NCBI GenBank assembly: GCA_046483305.1
Contig: JAWODM010000010.1
Coordinates: forward strand, 1-16,259
Source of the DNA: Candidatus Krumholzibacteriales bacterium
Lineage (GTDB): Bacteria; Krumholzibacteriota; Krumholzibacteriia; Krumholzibacteriales; WJIX01
Length of the DNA stretch: 16,259 nt
Reading direction: 5' to 3'
Made by a program: the position numbers and the translations under genes. A model generated the notes under the pieces. It searched no databases, was not told where the DNA came from, and was given only the letters and a program-made list of their open reading frames with translations. Below are positions 15,767 through 16,259 of this stretch, piece after piece (within the stretch, counting starts at the first letter, position 1; each line of letters opens with the position of its first letter).

Positions 15767-15840
15767 CCACCCTGAGCGGTTATTCGAACCAGTAATCCGC
15801 TGCCGTTCAGTTGCGACTGCTATCAGCAATCAAAGGGTAA
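15767..15840 (-). ncRNA. Candidate cis-regulatory three-way-junction RNA in the protease 5' leader
   Basis: Minus strand: P1 TTACCCT/AGGGTGG, P2 TGATTGCT/AGCAGTCG, P3 AGCGG(A)TTA/TAACCGCT. All four non-canonical pairs are G-U in this orientation. Confidence 0.3.
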
Positions 15841-15948
15841 GCTTATTCAGATTATATTTAAATCCAATCCCAATCAGTAACGCTTGCTCCTTTTTAGAAT
15901 TAAGCCGCACTGCCCCGCGGGAATAATTTTTCAAATATTTAGAAGCCC

Positions 15949-15977
15949 ATTCTATCATGTCTGATTTTGCCTGTCAA
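15949..15977 (-). promoter_or_regulatory. Near-consensus sigma70 promoter directed toward the protease gene
   Basis: Minus strand TTGACA (15977-15972), 17-bp spacer ending in TGA (extended -10), TAGAAT (15954-15949). Confidence 0.7.
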
Positions 15978-16047
15978 GGAGGAGGAAGCGTTTGGAGTTT
16001 CCCCAATTTTTATAATCTATCAGGTAGTTTAATTATTTGTTGGGTTT

Positions 16048-16197
16048 GCGGCTGAGTGATTAATTCAAAATCGTTGTCGGTTTCCCCGGCGAGGAAACCG
16101 CAACTCCCGCCTCGCACATCGCTCTTTCTGCCCCTGACGGGGCAGAAAACCATGCCCGCTCGCCCTCCGGAGGGTTTTGAATTAATCACTCAGCCGC
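16048..16197. mobile_element. 150-bp MITE-like element with perfect 23-bp terminal inverted repeats
   Basis: GCGGCTGAGTGATTAATTCAAAA (16048-16070) and TTTTGAATTAATCACTCAGCCGC (16175-16197). GC-rich interior with hairpins, inside AT-rich flanks. No ORF. TT on both sides. Confidence 0.7.
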
Positions 16198-16259
16198 TTC
16201 TATCAATGCTTAAGGCCGATTCCAGTTGCTATTAAAACTAAGTTGTTGTTAAAGATTAC

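Noticed and set aside
1..16259. CRISPR array, tRNA, rRNA, transposase or integrase
   Set aside because: No regularly spaced repeats, cloverleaf or rRNA motifs, or recombinase ORFs were seen.

Overview
This 16.3-kb bacterial window has three blocks. (1) Minus strand 1-3112 is a phosphate-regulation block: response regulator phoB/phoP, sensor kinase phoR and a window-truncated pstS, with four 11-bp-phased Pho-box repeats before pstS. (2) Plus strand 3515-10933 is an anaerobe-type oxidative-stress/iron cluster behind a consensus sigma70 promoter overlapped by a Per-box-like site. Its order is perR, flavodiiron protein, desulfoferrodoxin, rubrerythrin, a strongly paired ~160-nt intergenic element, a rubredoxin-like/flavin reductase fusion, ferritin-like protein, rubredoxin (absent from the ORF track), second ferritin-like protein, TIGR02757/DUF2400 protein, ferritin and MsrB-MsrA. 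(3) Minus strand 10978-15587 encodes a secreted GH13 alpha-glucan enzyme with a FlgD-Ig/T9SS-type C-terminal domain, a 74-aa protein, and a lipoprotein trypsin-like (Nal1-like) serine protease with a PKD domain. A long structured leader and a 150-bp MITE-like element lie upstream of the protease. The C-terminal sorting domain plus the anaerobic oxidative-defence set suggest an FCB-superphylum anaerobe such as a Latescibacterota/Krumholzibacteriota-like lineage (inference). The best novelty candidates are the 74-aa protein, which is a free-standing homologue of the neighbouring protease's pro-domain, two strand-specific structured RNA candidates, and the domain-permuted Hrb-like reductase. All family assignments come from motif recognition by eye; no database searches were run.
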